From: Nitrospiraceae bacterium
GTDB lineage: Bacteria > Nitrospirota > Nitrospiria > Nitrospirales > Nitrospiraceae
NCBI GenBank assembly: GCA_037442105.1
Contig: JBBIQV010000016.1
Span: 1 to 56,063, forward strand
Length of the DNA stretch: 56,063 bases
Reading direction: 5' to 3'
A program made the position numbers and the translations under genes. The notes below the pieces were generated by a model, which saw only the letters and a program-made list of their open reading frames with translations, did not search any database and was not told the DNA's origin. Positions 18,624-29,085 of the stretch are shown piece by piece (the stretch's first letter is position 1; every line of letters begins with the position of its first letter).

Positions 18624-20057
18624 CCCTTGCGTTCCTCCTACCGTGATTTCGTTAATCTTAATCGTCGGCAACCCGACACCCACCGGCACCGACTGCCCCT
18701 CCTTGCCGCAGGTTCCAATGCCTTCGTCGAGCTTGAGATCATAGCCGACCATCGAAACCTTGGTCAGGATTTCCGGGCCATTGCCGATCAGCGTGGCCCC
18801 CTTCACCGGCTTCGTTATCTGTCCATCCTCAATCAGGTAGGCTTCGCTGGCCGAGAACACAAATTTCCCATTGGTGATATCGACCTGGCCTCCGCCGAAC
18901 GAAGCCGCATAAAGACCGCGCTTTACGGATCCGATGATATCCAGCGGGTCCGACTCCCCGGCCAGCATGAAAGTATTCGTCATGCGGGGCAGGACCACGC
19001 TTTGATAACTCTCCCGCCGACCGTTGCCCGTAAGCGGGATGCCCATCAATCGCGCATTGAGCGAATCTGTAAGATAGCACCTGAGAATGCCTTGCTCGAT
19101 CAGCACAGTGCGGCTCGTCGGAGTCCCCTCATCGTCCATATTGAGCGAACCTCGCCGGGACGGCAATGTTCCGTCGTCAACAATTGTGCAGGCTTCCGAC
19201 GCCACCCGCTTCCCGATGAGATTGGAAAAGGCGGAGGTTTTCTTGCGATTAAAGTCCGCTTCGAGCCCGTGGCCGATTGCTTCGTGAAGGAGTATCCCCG
19301 GCCAACCTCCGGCTAATACCACCGGCATGATGCCGGCCGGCGCATCGACGGCACTGAGATTAAGGACGGCCTGTCTTGCCGCCTCCCTGGCATAGCTCAG
19401 ATAACGGCCCCCCTCCTTATAAAACTCGAATCCGATCCGCCCTCCCCCGCCAAACGTTCCGATCTGCCGGTTCCCTTTCTCCTCTGCAATACAGGTGACC
19501 TGCAGGCGCGAGAGAGGTTGCAGATCTCCCACCAGACGGCCCTCCGAGGTGGCAACCACGACAACCTTATACTCCGTGTTGAAGGAAGCCATGACATTCC
19601 TGATGCGATGATCGTAGCGCCTGGCTTCCGCGTCGATCTCGTTCAGTAAGGCCACACGGTCTTCTGTGGCCACTTCCGCTTGCGCCCGTTCCACCGGATA
19701 CAGATTCCTCTTCGGTTGTTCGCGGTGGGTAACCGGCAAAGAGCTTATCCCCTGAGGCGAGTTGGCAATATAACGAGCGGTATCGGCAGCGATTTCCAGA
19801 TCCTTCTTGGTCAATTCATCGGAATAGGCAAAGCCGGTCTTCTCCCCCGACGTGGCACGAACCCCTACTCCTTGCGAGATACTTTTGGTAGCCCGTTTGA
19901 CGATTCCTTCCTCCATGGAGACGGACTCTGCCTGCCTGGACTCGAAATATAGATCGGCGTAGTCGACGCCACCAACCTTCACCCGCCCCAATGCGTGGCA
20001 GATTTCGCCTTCCGAGACCCCAAAACAAGAGAGTTCTGCCGCCCGTTCTTCAACCAT
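18621..20057 (-). CDS. tldD: TldD metalloprotease
   Basis: LLHEAIGHGLEADF, GNGRRESY, PRMTNT, GTCGKEGQSVPVGVG. Confidence 0.95.
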   Translation of the reverse strand: MVEERAAELSCFGVSEGEICHALGRVKVGGVDYADLYFESRQAESVSMEEGIVKRATKSISQGVGVRATSGEKTGFAYSDELTKKDLEIAADTARYIANSPQGISSLPVTHREQPKRNLYPVERAQAEVATEDRVALLNEIDAEARRYDHRIRNVMASFNTEYKVVVVATSEGRLVGDLQPLSRLQVTCIAEEKGNRQIGTFGGGGRIGFEFYKEGGRYLSYAREAARQAVLNLSAVDAPAGIMPVVLAGGWPGILLHEAIGHGLEADFNRKKTSAFSNLIGKRVASEACTIVDDGTLPSRRGSLNMDDEGTPTSRTVLIEQGILRCYLTDSLNARLMGIPLTGNGRRESYQSVVLPRMTNTFMLAGESDPLDIIGSVKRGLYAASFGGGQVDITNGKFVFSASEAYLIEDGQITKPVKGATLIGNGPEILTKVSMVGYDLKLDEGIGTCGKEGQSVPVGVGLPTIKINEITVGGTQG

Positions 20058-20260
20058 CGATTCGACTCCCTTTCACTTGAGTAACGACGGAGTATAGCTG
20101 ATTCGTTTCTGCCGGTGCAATGGAACGGTGCGCTCGAACCATCTGCTTTTGCAGGGATTTTTTGAGATAACGTTTGACTTTCATATGCTCTGCCGGTAGA
20201 CTGCGCTTACCTGCCACATACAACACATCAATAATAAATATAAGGACCGTCACACCCTCC

Positions 20261-21046
20261 ATGGCCAAGAGCCCGATCTTGCATACAGACCACCTTTCAG
20301 AAACTGACCTGCTTGCTAAACTGGAACCAGACCTCCTGCCCAAGCACGTGGCAGTCATTATGGACGGCAATGGACGGTGGGCCGAGCTTCGAGGCCTCCC
20401 GCGCATAGCCGGGCATCGGGAAGGCATCAAATCTGTCCGGGAGCTGATTACTCTGTCCCTGGAGCTAGGGATTCCGGCGTTGACGATCTATGCCTTCTCC
20501 CAAGAAAATTGGAACCGGCCGGCGCAGGAGATCAACGCCTTGATGGGGCTTTTGGAACATTATCTCTCCACAGAACGATCGAGCCTCATTGAACAGGGTG
20601 TCCGGTTCCGTACGATCGGTCGCCTGAACACGTTGCCGGCGTCAGCCTACCAGTGGGTGCGAACGACGGAACAGGAAACCGCTCATCTCGACAAGCTCAT
20701 CTTGACGGTCGCCCTCAGCTACGGGGGGCGATCCGAAATCGTCGAGGCAGTCCGTCTGATCGCAAATGCGGTACAACGAGGCTCACTGCAAGCCGATGAT
20801 ATCGATGAACAGCTCTTCGCCAGTTACTTGATGACCCGCGATCTTCCTGATCCGGATCTCTTGATTCGCACCAGCGGCGAAACTCGCATCAGTAATTTTC
20901 TGCTCTGGCAATTAGCCTATACGGAACTGTACTTCACCCCGACCCTGTGGCCGGATTTCCGGCGTCGTGAAGCGCTTCTGGCACTGTTGGAATATCAGCG
21001 ACGCGAACGGCGATTCGGCCGAGTTCTCAGTACCATGTCCTCCTGA
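20261..21046 (+). CDS. uppS: Undecaprenyl diphosphate synthase
   Basis: HVAVIMDGNGRWA, YAFSQENWNRP, DLLIRTSGETRISNFLLWQ. Confidence 0.96.
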   Translation: MAKSPILHTDHLSETDLLAKLEPDLLPKHVAVIMDGNGRWAELRGLPRIAGHREGIKSVRELITLSLELGIPALTIYAFSQENWNRPAQEINALMGLLEHYLSTERSSLIEQGVRFRTIGRLNTLPASAYQWVRTTEQETAHLDKLILTVALSYGGRSEIVEAVRLIANAVQRGSLQADDIDEQLFASYLMTRDLPDPDLLIRTSGETRISNFLLWQLAYTELYFTPTLWPDFRRREALLALLEYQRRERRFGRVLSTMSS

Positions 21047-21055
21047 TTCCTTTCT

Positions 21056-21934
21056 GTGGAACCTCGAACGCTTGAGTGTGAAGCAAACGGTCAGCAACCT
21101 GCGGGCTCACTGCCCGAGGCTGCTCGCCGGTTCGACATGCGGCGCGTCTATGCGACCATCGTCTTTATTCCGTTGTTTTACGGGCTCGTGCGGTATCTCC
21201 CGCCGTTCGCCTTCTTCTTACTCGTGCTTGCTGCCGGCACCGTCGCGCTGGGCGAGTTCTATCGGCTGTACTTTCGGGACAGGAGCCTTTTGCCGACCAC
21301 CGCAGGAGGATTCGTCGGGCTGAGCTTGCTCTTGTCCGGTGCACAATGGCCGGACCTGTTGCCGGAACGGGCCTTTCTGCTGGCGGCGCTCTTACTCATA
21401 CTCCTTACTCCTCTTGTCCTCCAAACCGACATCCGCCGAAGCTTGATCGATAGCGCCGTGTTGGTCTTCGGCATCCTGTACATCGGCCTGACATTGAGCT
21501 ATCTCCCACTCACGCGATCGCTAACAGGTGGCGCGTTTTTGATCTTCTTTCTCATCCTGATCACCTGGACCGGCGATACCGGCGCCTATTATACGGGCAC
21601 CCTCTGTGGCCGACATCGGCTCGCCCCGCGCATCAGTCCGAAAAAGACTGTTGAAGGTCTCATCGGGGGACTTATTGCGTCGGTGATGATGGCACACGTA
21701 GCCAGAATCTGGTTCGTCCCGGCGTTTAGTTCGCTGGACTGCTGGATGCTTGGCACCCTCTTAACCGTCGCCGGTGTGATGGGAGACCTGGCGGAGTCTC
21801 TTCTCAAACGAAGTGCGGGCGTGAAGGATTCGGGCGGACTTATTCCCGGTCATGGAGGCATGCTGGACCGAATCGACAGTCTCTTGTTTACGGGACCGGC
21901 CTTCTACTACTATGTCATGCTGGTCAAATCGTAA
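21056..21934 (+). CDS. cdsA: Phosphatidate cytidylyltransferase
   Basis: DTGAY, ISPKKTVEG, KDSGGLIPGHGGMLDRIDS. Confidence 0.95.
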   Translation: MEPRTLECEANGQQPAGSLPEAARRFDMRRVYATIVFIPLFYGLVRYLPPFAFFLLVLAAGTVALGEFYRLYFRDRSLLPTTAGGFVGLSLLLSGAQWPDLLPERAFLLAALLLILLTPLVLQTDIRRSLIDSAVLVFGILYIGLTLSYLPLTRSLTGGAFLIFFLILITWTGDTGAYYTGTLCGRHRLAPRISPKKTVEGLIGGLIASVMMAHVARIWFVPAFSSLDCWMLGTLLTVAGVMGDLAESLLKRSAGVKDSGGLIPGHGGMLDRIDSLLFTGPAFYYYVMLVKS

Positions 21935-22007
21935 GGCGCAATGGGCGCTACGTAATGCGAGAGTATCGTCCGACATTTCACGCCTAACGAAATCGAGTGG
22001 AGATGCC

Positions 22008-23168
22008 ATGAAGCGAATCGTGATTCTCGGTTCCACCGGCTCAATCGGCACCAATACCCTGGATATCGTCGATCGCTTTCCCGGCACGTTTCACGTTGTC
22101 GGCCTCACAGCCGGCTCCAACGATGAAAAACTCGAGGACCAGATCCGCAGATATCAGCCGGCCCTTGTGGCCCTCGCCGATGAGGCCGCTGCCGCTCGGC
22201 TCCGCAAGCGTTGCGCAAGCTTGCCGGTCGAGATCTTCTCCGGCCCAACAGGCGTCGCCCAGGTCGCACGTGCGGCAGAAGCTTCGTTGGTCATCTCGGC
22301 GATCGTCGGGGGCGCAGGGTTGCTACCCACTCTGGCAGCGATCAAGTCCGGAAAGCACATCGCCCTCGCGAACAAAGAACCGATGGTCATGGCCGGCAAG
22401 CTCATGCAGGAGGAAGCCGGGAAACATGGCGTGCGGGTTTTCCCGGTAGACAGCGAACACAGCGCCATCTTTCAGTCCTTGGAAGGACACCGGCGCAAGG
22501 ATGTCCGCCGGCTCATCCTCACAGCCTCCGGCGGTCCGCTCTGGGACTATACACGCGAGGCGCTCCACAATGTGAAACCTGAGCGTGCTTTGCAGCATCC
22601 GAATTGGAAAATGGGGGCTAAGATCACGATCGACTCGGCGACCTTGATGAACAAGGGGCTGGAAGTTGTGGAAGCCCGTTGGCTGTTCGACATTCCGGAA
22701 GCGCGGATCGACGTCCTGATCCATCGCGAGAGTATCATCCACTCTTTGGTAGAATATGAGGACCGGTCGGTGATCGCACAACTGGGCCTGCCGGATATGC
22801 GGACACCGATTTCATATGCCATGCGCTATCCGGAACGGATGCCCTTGGATTTGCCGTCATTGGATCTTGTGGCCGTGGGAAAACTGACGTTTTTTGAGCC
22901 GGACCACGACCGCTTCCCGTGCCTACGGTTGGGATACGACTCACTGCGTATCGGTGGCACCATGCCCGCCGTCATGAATGCCGCCAACGAGATCGCCGTG
23001 GAGGCTTACCTTCAGGAGGGAATTCGGTTTACCGACATTCCCGAGATCATCCGCAACACCATGGATGCCCACCAAGCACAACCGGTCGAGTCCATCGAGG
23101 ACGCCCTCGAAGCCGACCGGTGGGCGAGAGAGAAAGCCGATTCGCTGGTCCATGCGCTGGCACGATAA
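22008..23168 (+). CDS. dxr: 1-deoxy-D-xylulose 5-phosphate reductoisomerase
   Basis: LGSTGSIG, LANKE, PVDSEHSAIFQ, HPNWKMGAKITIDSATLMNKGLE. Confidence 0.97.
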   Translation: MKRIVILGSTGSIGTNTLDIVDRFPGTFHVVGLTAGSNDEKLEDQIRRYQPALVALADEAAAARLRKRCASLPVEIFSGPTGVAQVARAAEASLVISAIVGGAGLLPTLAAIKSGKHIALANKEPMVMAGKLMQEEAGKHGVRVFPVDSEHSAIFQSLEGHRRKDVRRLILTASGGPLWDYTREALHNVKPERALQHPNWKMGAKITIDSATLMNKGLEVVEARWLFDIPEARIDVLIHRESIIHSLVEYEDRSVIAQLGLPDMRTPISYAMRYPERMPLDLPSLDLVAVGKLTFFEPDHDRFPCLRLGYDSLRIGGTMPAVMNAANEIAVEAYLQEGIRFTDIPEIIRNTMDAHQAQPVESIEDALEADRWAREKADSLVHALAR

Positions 23169-23281
23169 CAAAACCAATGTCCAAACGCCATCAAGCCATA
23201 ATGTCGAACGCCTTTCTTTCCCCGAACATTTCGGCTTTCAGACTTGATGGCCTGATGACGAGTTCTTAAGGAGACGATACC

Positions 23282-24667
23282 GTGTTTTCATCGTTCGTCT
23301 GGGCTCCCGACACCGTGTGGCTTATCCTTCAGAAGGTATGGTGGTTTCTGGTCGTCCTCGGCGTGTTGGTTGCATTCCACGAACTCGGCCATTTCTTGGC
23401 GGCCCGCTGGGTAGGTGTGCGGGTTCTCAAGTTCTCACTCGGCTTTGGCCCGAAACTGTTCGGCCGGCAAATCGGCGAGACCGAATATCTCGTCTCGGCG
23501 GTCCCGCTGGGCGGGTATGTGAAGTTGTTCGGAGAAGAGGAAGCCGATGCGGTCACCGCGGAGGATCGCCAACGCTCATTCGCCCACAAGCCTCTTCTCA
23601 ACAAGATGCTCGTCGTGGCGGCGGGACCGGGATTTAACTTCCTCTTGACCTACCTCATCTATACGACCTGCCTGGCGATCGGGCTGGCCTTGCCGGTGCC
23701 GACCGTCAAAGAAATCGTCTCCGAGATCGAGGCCGTCCTTCCCGGATCGCCGGCTGATCTGGCAGGGATCAAACCGGGTGACCGTATCCTTCGCGTCAAC
23801 GACCAGGATATTTCCACCAACACAGAGTTGCTCGACATGATCGACAAGAGCAACGGCAAACAGCTCACGCTGGATATTCGCCGCGGAGAGCAAATCAAAA
23901 CGTTGTTCGCCACTCCTACGGCAACACCCGGTCCGGAGAACGGCAAGCCCGTGTACCGCCTCGGCATTGAGGAGCGCGCGCCTTTCATCACCGCCGTGAT
24001 GGCGGGCTCTCGTGCCAAGGATGCCGGGTTCAAGGAAGGCGACAGAGTCATCCGCATCAACGGACAAGAGATCCGCACGTGGTCTCAGATGACCGGGATC
24101 GTGCGGGACAACGCCAACCGTCCCCTACAGGTCGATGTGTTGCGCGGGGGACAGGTCGTTTCTCTGACCGTGACCCCGGCGGTGGAAAGGACCACGATCG
24201 ACGGGAAACCGGCTGAGATCGGAAAAATCGGGGTATCGGCACAGAGTCGCTCCATCATCCAGACATCGAATCCGCTCCTTGCTCCACTGCTCGGCTTGCA
24301 AGCCACGTGGGGATGGACCGAGTTGACCGTCGTCGGCATCTACAAAATGGTCGTGGGGGACATCTCCAGCAAGAACATCGGCGGGCCGTTGACCATCGCC
24401 AAAATTTCCGGTGAGGCCGCAGAGCAAGGCGCCTCCAGCGTGATTTTCCTCATTGCCATTCTGAGCATCAACCTCGGCGTCTTGAACCTCCTCCCTATTC
24501 CCATCCTGGACGGAGGACATTTGCTGTTCTTTGCGATCGAAGGCATTCTTCGCAAACCCCTCGGGGAACGACAGCGGGAATTGGCGCAGCAGGTCGGTCT
24601 GCTTCTGCTCGTCGGTATTATGATCTTCGCGTTTTGGAATGACCTTGAACGCCTCTTCATCCGTTAA
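23282..24667 (+). CDS. rseP: RIP metalloprotease RseP with two PDZ domains
   Basis: HELGH, GGYVK, AGP, NLLPIPILDGG. Confidence 0.95.
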   Translation: MFSSFVWAPDTVWLILQKVWWFLVVLGVLVAFHELGHFLAARWVGVRVLKFSLGFGPKLFGRQIGETEYLVSAVPLGGYVKLFGEEEADAVTAEDRQRSFAHKPLLNKMLVVAAGPGFNFLLTYLIYTTCLAIGLALPVPTVKEIVSEIEAVLPGSPADLAGIKPGDRILRVNDQDISTNTELLDMIDKSNGKQLTLDIRRGEQIKTLFATPTATPGPENGKPVYRLGIEERAPFITAVMAGSRAKDAGFKEGDRVIRINGQEIRTWSQMTGIVRDNANRPLQVDVLRGGQVVSLTVTPAVERTTIDGKPAEIGKIGVSAQSRSIIQTSNPLLAPLLGLQATWGWTELTVVGIYKMVVGDISSKNIGGPLTIAKISGEAAEQGASSVIFLIAILSINLGVLNLLPIPILDGGHLLFFAIEGILRKPLGERQRELAQQVGLLLLVGIMIFAFWNDLERLFIR

Positions 24668-24685
24668 AACATCGCCCACGGCCTG

Positions 24686-26401
24686 ATGCGCACATCTCAG
24701 CTCCTCATCCCCACACTACGCGAAGATCCCGGCGAAGCCGAAACGGTCAGCCACCGGCTCATGCTCCGAGCGGGGCTGATACGGAAAGTCGCCGCTGGAA
24801 TCTATACCTATCTTCCCCTCGGACTGCGGGTCATTCGCAAGATCGAGCAGATTATCCGGGAGGAAATGAACCGGGCAGGCGCTCAGGAATTGCTCATGCC
24901 TATTGCCTCCCCGGCGGAGTTGTGGCGAGAAACAGGACGGTGGGACTATTATGGCAGGGAACTCCTGAGGTTCAAAGACCGGCACGAACGCGATTTCTGT
25001 CTGGGCCCTACGCACGAGGAAGTCATCACCGACCTCTTCCGGCGGGAAGTCCGGTCGTACCGCCAGCTCCCGCTGAATTTCTACCAGATTCAGACGAAGT
25101 TCCGGGATGAGATCCGTCCGCGCTTCGGTTTAATGCGTGGCCGCGAGTTCATCATGAAAGACGCGTACAGCTTCGACAAAGACGAGGCAGGCGCGCAGCT
25201 CAGTTACCAAAAAATGTACGACGCCTATCACCGGATTTTCACCCGATGCGGCTTGACCTTTCGCGCCGTCGAGGCCGACACGGGGTTGATCGGCGGCACC
25301 TCTTCTCACGAGTTCATGGTGCTGGCCGACACCGGGGAAGAAACCATCGTCTATAGCGGAGAAGGCACCTACGCCGCCAACGTGGAGCGTGCAGAAGTAC
25401 TGCCGCCAACGGACATAGAAAGCGACCAGCCGCGCCCCTTGCATACGGTCTCTACGCCGAACAGCCGCACCGTCGAAGAGGTCACGGCGTTTCTCAACAT
25501 CGCGTTCCAACGTCTGGTCAAGACCCTCCTGTACACCACAAAAAAGGAGACGATCGCGGTGTTGATCCGCGGCGACCATGATGTCAACGAAATCAAGCTC
25601 AAACGGCTTCTCGGTGTGACGAACATTGAACTGGCCGCTCCCGAAGTTGTGCGGAAGTTGACCGGCGCGCCGGTCGGATTCGCCGGTCCGATCGGATTGC
25701 AGGGAACCAGAATTCTCGCCGACCACGCCGTCAAAGCCATGCGCAATTTTGTGGTCGGCGGGAACAAAGCCGATACCCACTACCGCGACGCGAATTGGGA
25801 CCGGGACTTCCAGGTCGAGCAATTTGCGGATCTCCGCAATGCCCGTGCAGGAGACCCCTCGCCTCGCCACGACGGCACCTTGAAGGTCGCCAAGGGCATC
25901 GAAGTCGGCCACGTATTCATGCTCGGCGCCAAGTACAGTAAGGCCATGAATGCTACCTTCCTGGATCCCCAAGGCCGGGAACAGCTCGCAGTGATGGGAT
26001 GCTACGGGATCGGCGTCGGGCGCACAGCGGCCTCCGCGATTGAGCAGAACCACGACCCGAAAGGCATTATCTGGCCCCTGCCCATCGCGCCGTTTCACGT
26101 GCATCTCTTGCCGCTCGGCGCCTCAGCCAAGGTGGCTGAGCTTACCCGGTCTCTGTATCATTCGTTGACGGCGGCGGGCATAGAAGTCCTGTGGGACGAC
26201 CGCGAGGAGCGGGCCGGAGTCAAGTTCAATGACGCGGACTTGATCGGCGCGCCATTTCAGCTCGTGCTGGGAGAAAAGGCGCTCGCACAGGGAATGATCG
26301 AACTCAAGACTCGACGAAACGGAACCGTTGCTCGCCTGGCACCTGACCAAGTTATGGCTTATGTCGCCAGTGCGGTCAGCCAGGCGACCAATCAGGCTTG
26401 A
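24686..26401 (+). CDS. proS: Proline--tRNA ligase
   Basis: LGPTHEE, KFRDEIRPRFGLMRGREF, INS editing domain, MGCYGIG. Confidence 0.97.
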   Translation: MRTSQLLIPTLREDPGEAETVSHRLMLRAGLIRKVAAGIYTYLPLGLRVIRKIEQIIREEMNRAGAQELLMPIASPAELWRETGRWDYYGRELLRFKDRHERDFCLGPTHEEVITDLFRREVRSYRQLPLNFYQIQTKFRDEIRPRFGLMRGREFIMKDAYSFDKDEAGAQLSYQKMYDAYHRIFTRCGLTFRAVEADTGLIGGTSSHEFMVLADTGEETIVYSGEGTYAANVERAEVLPPTDIESDQPRPLHTVSTPNSRTVEEVTAFLNIAFQRLVKTLLYTTKKETIAVLIRGDHDVNEIKLKRLLGVTNIELAAPEVVRKLTGAPVGFAGPIGLQGTRILADHAVKAMRNFVVGGNKADTHYRDANWDRDFQVEQFADLRNARAGDPSPRHDGTLKVAKGIEVGHVFMLGAKYSKAMNATFLDPQGREQLAVMGCYGIGVGRTAASAIEQNHDPKGIIWPLPIAPFHVHLLPLGASAKVAELTRSLYHSLTAAGIEVLWDDREERAGVKFNDADLIGAPFQLVLGEKALAQGMIELKTRRNGTVARLAPDQVMAYVASAVSQATNQA

Positions 26402-26691
26402 CGCAGTGACAGCCGCCGCTCCTTCCACCATCATTAGACCCGATCTCCTCGTTCCCTTCCGCTGAAGGGCCCAACGCCATGCCACTACCGGCACCCCTCG
26501 CGTAGACTCGGACACGATCAGGAACTCTTCGGACCAGCCGGACACAAAAGCGCGTTTCCCTTGCCTTCACAGGGAGTTGAGCTACACTGAAGCACGGTTG
26601 TTCCACCTGATGATCCTGAGCCTGTACCCTCTTCTTCCCAGCGCCGTGCATTGAGACGAAGCGGCCAGACTTATCCGGGGCGACTGTTTTG

Positions 26692-29004
26692 ATGCAAACC
26701 AAGGCGGGCTCCCAAAACCTGCACGATCTCCAGCAGAAGATCGAGTACGCCGAGCATGTCAAACGCATCACGAACCAAATCCACGCGGCCAGCGACATCG
26801 ATCAAATCCTGCTCGATTTGCACAATGACTTACTCAGCCTGTTCGACGCGGAAGAAATGACGATCTACGCCGTCGACCCTGAAAAGAAGGAAATCTACTC
26901 CAAGACTCCTGACATCGACACCATACAAGTCATTCGCGTCCCCATCAGTGAAGAAAGTCTGGCAGGATTCAGTGCCAAATACCTTCGGCCGGTAAACATC
27001 GCTGATGCCTACAACCAGGCCGAGTTGTCGAGCATCCATCCTTCGCTCACCCATAACCACTCCTTCGATAAAAAAACCGGCTTCAGAACGAAGCAGGTAC
27101 TCACCTATCCGATCGTTGCCGACAACAAGTACCTGATGGGCGTCTTGCAACTGTTGAACAAGAAGAGCGGAGGGCACTTTACCCGCAAGGACGAGGAATC
27201 GGTCGCCGAGATCGCCAAGGCGCTCGGTATCGCCTTTTATAATCTCCGCAAGCTATCCAAGAAAACACCCACGAAGTTCGATTATCTCGTGGCGAATAAC
27301 AGAATCTCCCAGAACGAGCTCGATGCCGCTGTCGCCGAGTCCCGCAAGGGCCAGACGGACATGGAAACAATTCTGATCGAGAAATACAAAGTCTCCAAAG
27401 CGGACATCGGCAAGTCCCTTGCGCAGTTCCACAAGTGCCCTTACATCGAATACAGCGAGCGAACCATCGTCGATGTGGAATTGCTCAAGAATCTGAACAT
27501 CGACTATCTCAAGAAGAATTACTGGATGCCGCTCAAGCGCGACAGGAACGCGATCGAGATCCTCACCGACGATCCGGGCGATCTCGATCGCGTCCAGGAT
27601 ATTAAGCGGACATTCCCCGGGTTGAACATCCGGTTTGCCGTCAGCCTTCGTCGCGACATCGCGATGTTCCTCGGCGTCTCAACGGCCCCGCCCGAGGCCG
27701 CCAATAAACTGAACGAGAATATCTCGGACATTCTCGGCGAACTCGTCACCGAAGCTCAACTCGAAGCGACGGAAGAAGCATCCTCCTCCGGCCTGGATGA
27801 AAACGATAGCGCGATCGTCCGGCTGGCCAATCAGATCATCGCCGACGCCTATCGGCAGGGCGTGTCGGACATTCACATCGAGCCCTACGGAGAGAAACGC
27901 GAAACGTTGGTTCGGTTCCGGGTGGACGGCAGTTGTTTTGAATATATGAAGATCCCGTCGAGTTACCGTCGAGCGATCGTCTCCCGACTGAAGATCATGG
28001 CCAACCTTGATATCGCCGAACGGCGCAAGCCGCAGGACGGAAAGATCAAATTCAAGCTGGGCGAAACCAAGGAAATCGAGCTCCGCGTCGCCACCGTCCC
28101 CACGGCCGGGTACAACGAAGACGTGGTCATGCGTCTCCTGGCGGCGAGTGAACCACTACCGCTCGACAAGATGGGCTTCTCCGAACGAAACCTCCGGGAG
28201 CTCCGGAAGATCGCCGAAAAACCGTACGGCATCATCCTCTGCGTCGGGCCCACCGGGTCCGGCAAGACCACCACGCTTCACTCTGTGCTTGGGCATATCA
28301 ACCGGCCCGAGCGGAAAATCTGGACCGCCGAGGACCCGGTCGAAATCACGCAGTATGGCTTGCGCCAGGTTCAGGTCCAGCCGAAGATCGGCTTTACCTT
28401 CGCCGCCGCCATGCGCTCCTTCCTCCGAGCCGACCCGGACGTGATCATGGTCGGTGAGATGCGGGATAAAGAAACGGCCGACATCGGCATTGAAGCGTCG
28501 CTGACCGGCCATTTGGTTTTGAGCACCTTGCACACCAATAGCTCGGTCGAGACCATCACTCGTCTCTTGGACATGGGTTGCGATTCCTTCAGCTTCGCCG
28601 ATGCCATGCTGGGCGTGATGGCTCAGCGCTTGGCCAAACGCATCTGCAAAGATTGCAAAGAGCCCTATCATCCTCCCCAGGAAGAGTTCGACGAACTGCG
28701 GCAGGGGTATGGACCGGAGAAGTGGGACAAACGGGGCATCACGTATGACGGCAACTTCAAACTTTTCCGTGGAAAGGGCTGCGAGGCCTGTAACCATTCA
28801 GGGCACAAGGGACGCATTGCGCTCCATGAGTTGCTGCTCGGTACCGATCGGATGAAGCGGATGATTCAGTCGAAGGCGAAAACCGAGGACATGGTGACGA
28901 TCGCGATCGAGGAAGGCATGACCACCTTGGTGCAGGACGGCATTGAAAAAGTATTGCAGGGCCTCACCACCTACAAACAAGTCAAGGCGGTCGCGATCAA
29001 GTAG
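26692..29004 (+). CDS. GAF-domain-fused GspE/PilB-family secretion ATPase
   Basis: N-terminal GAF (FDKKTGFRTKQVLTYPI...GVLQLLNK); SDIHIEP, GPTGSGKT, EDPVE, RADPDVIMVGEMRD, STLHTN, two CxxC. Confidence 0.92.
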   Translation: MQTKAGSQNLHDLQQKIEYAEHVKRITNQIHAASDIDQILLDLHNDLLSLFDAEEMTIYAVDPEKKEIYSKTPDIDTIQVIRVPISEESLAGFSAKYLRPVNIADAYNQAELSSIHPSLTHNHSFDKKTGFRTKQVLTYPIVADNKYLMGVLQLLNKKSGGHFTRKDEESVAEIAKALGIAFYNLRKLSKKTPTKFDYLVANNRISQNELDAAVAESRKGQTDMETILIEKYKVSKADIGKSLAQFHKCPYIEYSERTIVDVELLKNLNIDYLKKNYWMPLKRDRNAIEILTDDPGDLDRVQDIKRTFPGLNIRFAVSLRRDIAMFLGVSTAPPEAANKLNENISDILGELVTEAQLEATEEASSSGLDENDSAIVRLANQIIADAYRQGVSDIHIEPYGEKRETLVRFRVDGSCFEYMKIPSSYRRAIVSRLKIMANLDIAERRKPQDGKIKFKLGETKEIELRVATVPTAGYNEDVVMRLLAASEPLPLDKMGFSERNLRELRKIAEKPYGIILCVGPTGSGKTTTLHSVLGHINRPERKIWTAEDPVEITQYGLRQVQVQPKIGFTFAAAMRSFLRADPDVIMVGEMRDKETADIGIEASLTGHLVLSTLHTNSSVETITRLLDMGCDSFSFADAMLGVMAQRLAKRICKDCKEPYHPPQEEFDELRQGYGPEKWDKRGITYDGNFKLFRGKGCEACNHSGHKGRIALHELLLGTDRMKRMIQSKAKTEDMVTIAIEEGMTTLVQDGIEKVLQGLTTYKQVKAVAIK

Positions 29005-29085
29005 CTTCCCGACCTTCGACCAGCGGTTGTTTCAGCCACTTCGGCGCAGCAGCATGCCGGCTACTCCCCGGCTGAAATCGCCTTG

